From: an uncultured Candidatus Saccharibacteria bacterium
Lineage (GTDB): Bacteria; Patescibacteriota; Minisyncoccia; Phycocordibacterales; UBA12088
Length of the DNA stretch: 64,000 nt
Reading direction: 5' to 3'
Assembly (NCBI GenBank): GCA_964567265.1
Contig: CAZMLK010000001.1
Span: 262,574 to 326,573, forward strand
Shown: one piece after another, positions 61,915 to 64,000 of the stretch
Layout of the letters: each line of letters opens with the position of its first letter
How positions within the stretch are numbered: the first letter of the stretch is position 1
Position numbers and translations under genes: made by a program
The notes under the pieces: model-generated
What the model was told of the DNA's origin: nothing
What the model saw: the letters and a program-made list of their open reading frames with translations, nothing else
Databases searched by the model: none

Positions 61915-63630
61915 ATGATGTCCGAAAACGCCCGCTATCTCTACGAAGTGCTGTTTGCTGGATTTGATTTCCGTCCACCACATCCGAATAGGTCGCTTCC
62001 GGAAGTGGTTCGGGATGCAACCGAAGCGGTTGAGAAGCATCTGAAGAATTCTCCACTGCTCCGTGCCTATCTAGAAACCGTTCCAAAAGGGCCGGGTACC
62101 GATTGTCCCGATTCACCGCTTGATGAGCTTGTCTACTATGTAGCCACTCAGAAAGGCTGGGTCGACAAGAAGGATCCGTATCTGAATCTCAGATTCCTCG
62201 CACGCTTCGTGCTTCCGGTCTTCGAGATGGAACGCCATGTGGTCGAGCGTGCTATTCACGGTCTTCGAGCGATCACTGAACAGCAGGAACTACTCTTTCT
62301 AGACTGCATTCTGCACGCGCGAGCCGTCGATCGGCTTTGGCAGCGCTGGTTCGAGAAGGTGGCTGCACCGTTCCAATCGCTCGACAAGGAGGGGCAAGAA
62401 CGGCAGAAAAAGAAGCTGGGGAATATCCTTCCACCATATGACTATACGGCTTTTGAGATTGATCCTTTTGGAGATATCCAGAATCGCCGTCCATGGGCAA
62501 AGGCATTCCCGAAGGAGATTGCGGCAATTGACGCGTCACTCCGCGAGCTTGAAGAAACGGAAGATCAGTATCTTGCCGAATACTTCCGAGCCCTTCGCCT
62601 GGCATACACCTGCGACCGCATCGAAAATCTGGAAGAACGCTGGGCAGAGGTAGACCGCGCGTGGGTACTGATTCCATCTGACAGCGAGATCATCCCTGTC
62701 CATGGCATGGAAAGCGCGTACGGTCATGCGTTCTGCGTCAGTCCGGAGTTCAGGCTCGAGTTCCGAACTCCGGATTCCATACGTGAGATCGAGCTCCAAC
62801 GAAAAGCTGCCGTAGAGCATGCAGACAAGATTCTCGGGCTCAGCAACGCGCTCATACTTGAGGCATCAAAAAAACTGCGGCGAATCGATGTCAGCGTCTT
62901 CACCCCCGGTATTCGTGCCGGCAGTTGCATCGATTTCCGGTATGCGGGCCAGGCGGTTCCAAATCGCCAGGCAGTGCTTCTGATCGGCGGCAAGATATTC
63001 GTCGATCAGAGCGATCCGGCGCGTGTTGCAGAGCGATATCAGACCTTGATTCTGCGTCACTGCGCTCCTCATACTGCCGCTCAAATCGCACCGCTCCTCA
63101 CGCGCGAAATGCAGATCATGGGTACGATCACTCATGAGTTCGCACATCCGATCGGAAGGACAAGCGCAAGCGACGAGATGCTTGGGCATACCGTCGTCTT
63201 CCAGCTCGAGGAAGGGAAGGCGACACTCGGCGGCATTTGCGCTGAGGAGTATGCCGATCCGTCTCCGGAACATCGCCTCCAGCTTGTCGCCAATGCTGTC
63301 GGTCGGATGCTCAGGTTCATGCAGCATTCTGAAATTACGAATCCGACCATTGCTCCCTATGTCCGGGAGAATCTCGTGACGGCGACGACGCTCTATGATG
63401 CGGGAATCTTGTCACTCTCCAAGCAGGGTTTGGAGATTGATATCGGGATGGCCAGCAGTCCGTATTGGTTCCAGAATCTCCGCGTTTTCTACGGAGATTT
63501 GGTCGCTGCATATGAGTCAAAGGATGCAGCGGCAATTGCATCCATGACCACTCTGTATGCCAATCCGGATGATCCGCAAATAGTCGAACTTATCGAGTGG
63601 GTAAACCGCGAGCTTCCGGCCGCAGCATAA
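61915..63630 (+). CDS. large hypothetical protein with an HEXXH motif (ITHEFAHPIG), unknown family
   Basis: 571 aa from ATG 61915; the ORF-track start at 61900 is a GTG. No recognisable family; possibly a zinc peptidase-like protein. Confidence 0.6.
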   Translation: MMSENARYLYEVLFAGFDFRPPHPNRSLPEVVRDATEAVEKHLKNSPLLRAYLETVPKGPGTDCPDSPLDELVYYVATQKGWVDKKDPYLNLRFLARFVLPVFEMERHVVERAIHGLRAITEQQELLFLDCILHARAVDRLWQRWFEKVAAPFQSLDKEGQERQKKKLGNILPPYDYTAFEIDPFGDIQNRRPWAKAFPKEIAAIDASLRELEETEDQYLAEYFRALRLAYTCDRIENLEERWAEVDRAWVLIPSDSEIIPVHGMESAYGHAFCVSPEFRLEFRTPDSIREIELQRKAAVEHADKILGLSNALILEASKKLRRIDVSVFTPGIRAGSCIDFRYAGQAVPNRQAVLLIGGKIFVDQSDPARVAERYQTLILRHCAPHTAAQIAPLLTREMQIMGTITHEFAHPIGRTSASDEMLGHTVVFQLEEGKATLGGICAEEYADPSPEHRLQLVANAVGRMLRFMQHSEITNPTIAPYVRENLVTATTLYDAGILSLSKQGLEIDIGMASSPYWFQNLRVFYGDLVAAYESKDAAAIASMTTLYANPDDPQIVELIEWVNRELPAAA

Positions 63631-63653
63631 AAAATCATCACTAGTAATTTCGA

Positions 63654-63680
63654 AGCGGCCCGAGGGCCGCTTTCTTTTTT
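63654..63680 (+). terminator. rho-independent terminator
   Basis: AGCGGCCC gag GGGCCGCT followed by TTCTTTTTT. Confidence 0.7.
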
Positions 63681-63779
63681 ACCCTTACACAGAAGGCTAT
63701 TTTGGAGCCTCGATTTTCAGATTTTGCGTGTGTGGAATGCGCTCGCGCCAGGCGGCATATTTGGTACAGTTAGAACATA

Positions 63780-64000
63780 TGCACATTCAGAAAAACAAAG
63801 GAGCGTCCCGGCGACTCTCGCTCCCCGTCGCATTTATTTTCAGCGCGCTGATCGTTTCATTCGCTTCCAATCAGAGCGCATCCGCAGAGACAAGCACTTC
63901 CACACCACCGGACCCGTACACCTCGGCGGGCGTCGAGGTGCGCGTACGAGAGTACTTCAAGGATATCCCTGTCATGATTCCGATCGCGAAATGCGAATCC
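63780..64000 (+). CDS. secreted protein, 5' partial at the window edge (possible transglycosylase-like IAKCES motif)
   Basis: ATG at 63780 with a signal peptide. The frame is open to the end of the window. Confidence 0.4.

Noticed and set aside
60052-63630. tRNA-adjacent integrative element (genomic island with integrase)
   Set aside because: No integrase or recombinase gene and no direct repeat of the tRNA 3' end are present in the window. Only an inverted 18-nt copy is seen, so a classical tRNA-integrated island cannot be claimed.
1-64000. CRISPR arrays, rRNA genes, IS elements or transposases
   Set aside because: No regularly spaced direct repeats, no rRNA-like conserved segments and no transposase or integrase-like ORFs were found on reading both strands.

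Overview
This window is a mostly high-GC (about 60%) bacterial chromosomal segment, read from the sequence and the supplied ORF track only. It contains roughly 70 protein-coding genes, one tRNA (tRNA-Ala, anticodon UGC) and no rRNA, CRISPR array, transposase or integrase. The gene family names below come from recognising the protein sequences by eye, not from any database search.

Core genes recognisable from conserved motifs:
- DNA and nucleotide metabolism: class Ia ribonucleotide reductase nrdA and nrdB, the three excinuclease genes uvrB, uvrA and a short uvrC lacking the usual C-terminal HhH tail, and a PIF1/RecD-like helicase.
- Other housekeeping: tgt, ddl, msrA, htpX, a DEAD-box RNA helicase, an ECF sigma factor, a pterin-4a-carbinolamine dehydratase and a CapA-family protein.
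- Transport and signalling: three ABC transporter sets (an ABC-2 exporter, a NitT/TauT-type importer without a binding protein, and a MacB-like ATPase/permease pair encoded with an HlyD-family adaptor), two histidine kinases, and a signalling cluster made of a FIST-domain protein, a LivK-like binding protein, a sensor kinase and a dual-receiver response regulator.

Accessory regions that stand out from the high-GC background:
- bp 1-3300 is an AT-rich array of small ORFs built around an orphan Rhs C-terminal toxin fragment and its probable immunity gene. Conserved GC-rich Rhs sequence begins abruptly at nt 897, and short repeat motifs recur at the cassette junctions.
- bp 40440-41250 holds a tandemly duplicated unit of promoter (TTGACA-17-TTATAT), a two-helix small membrane protein gene and a GC hairpin terminator.
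- bp 42470-44290 is a low-GC islet with a promoter- and terminator-bounded structured RNA candidate (about 42565-42736) and two hypothetical proteins.
- bp 55450-56750 carries small hypothetical genes with an extended -10 promoter.
- Downstream of tRNA-Ala an 89-nt palindrome incorporates an inverted copy of the tRNA 3' end. It is followed by a low-GC secreted S1 protease with a peptidoglycan-binding domain and a 571-aa HEXXH protein of unknown family.

Many long antisense ORFs in the high-GC parts were judged to be composition artefacts and are listed under noticed_but_rejected.
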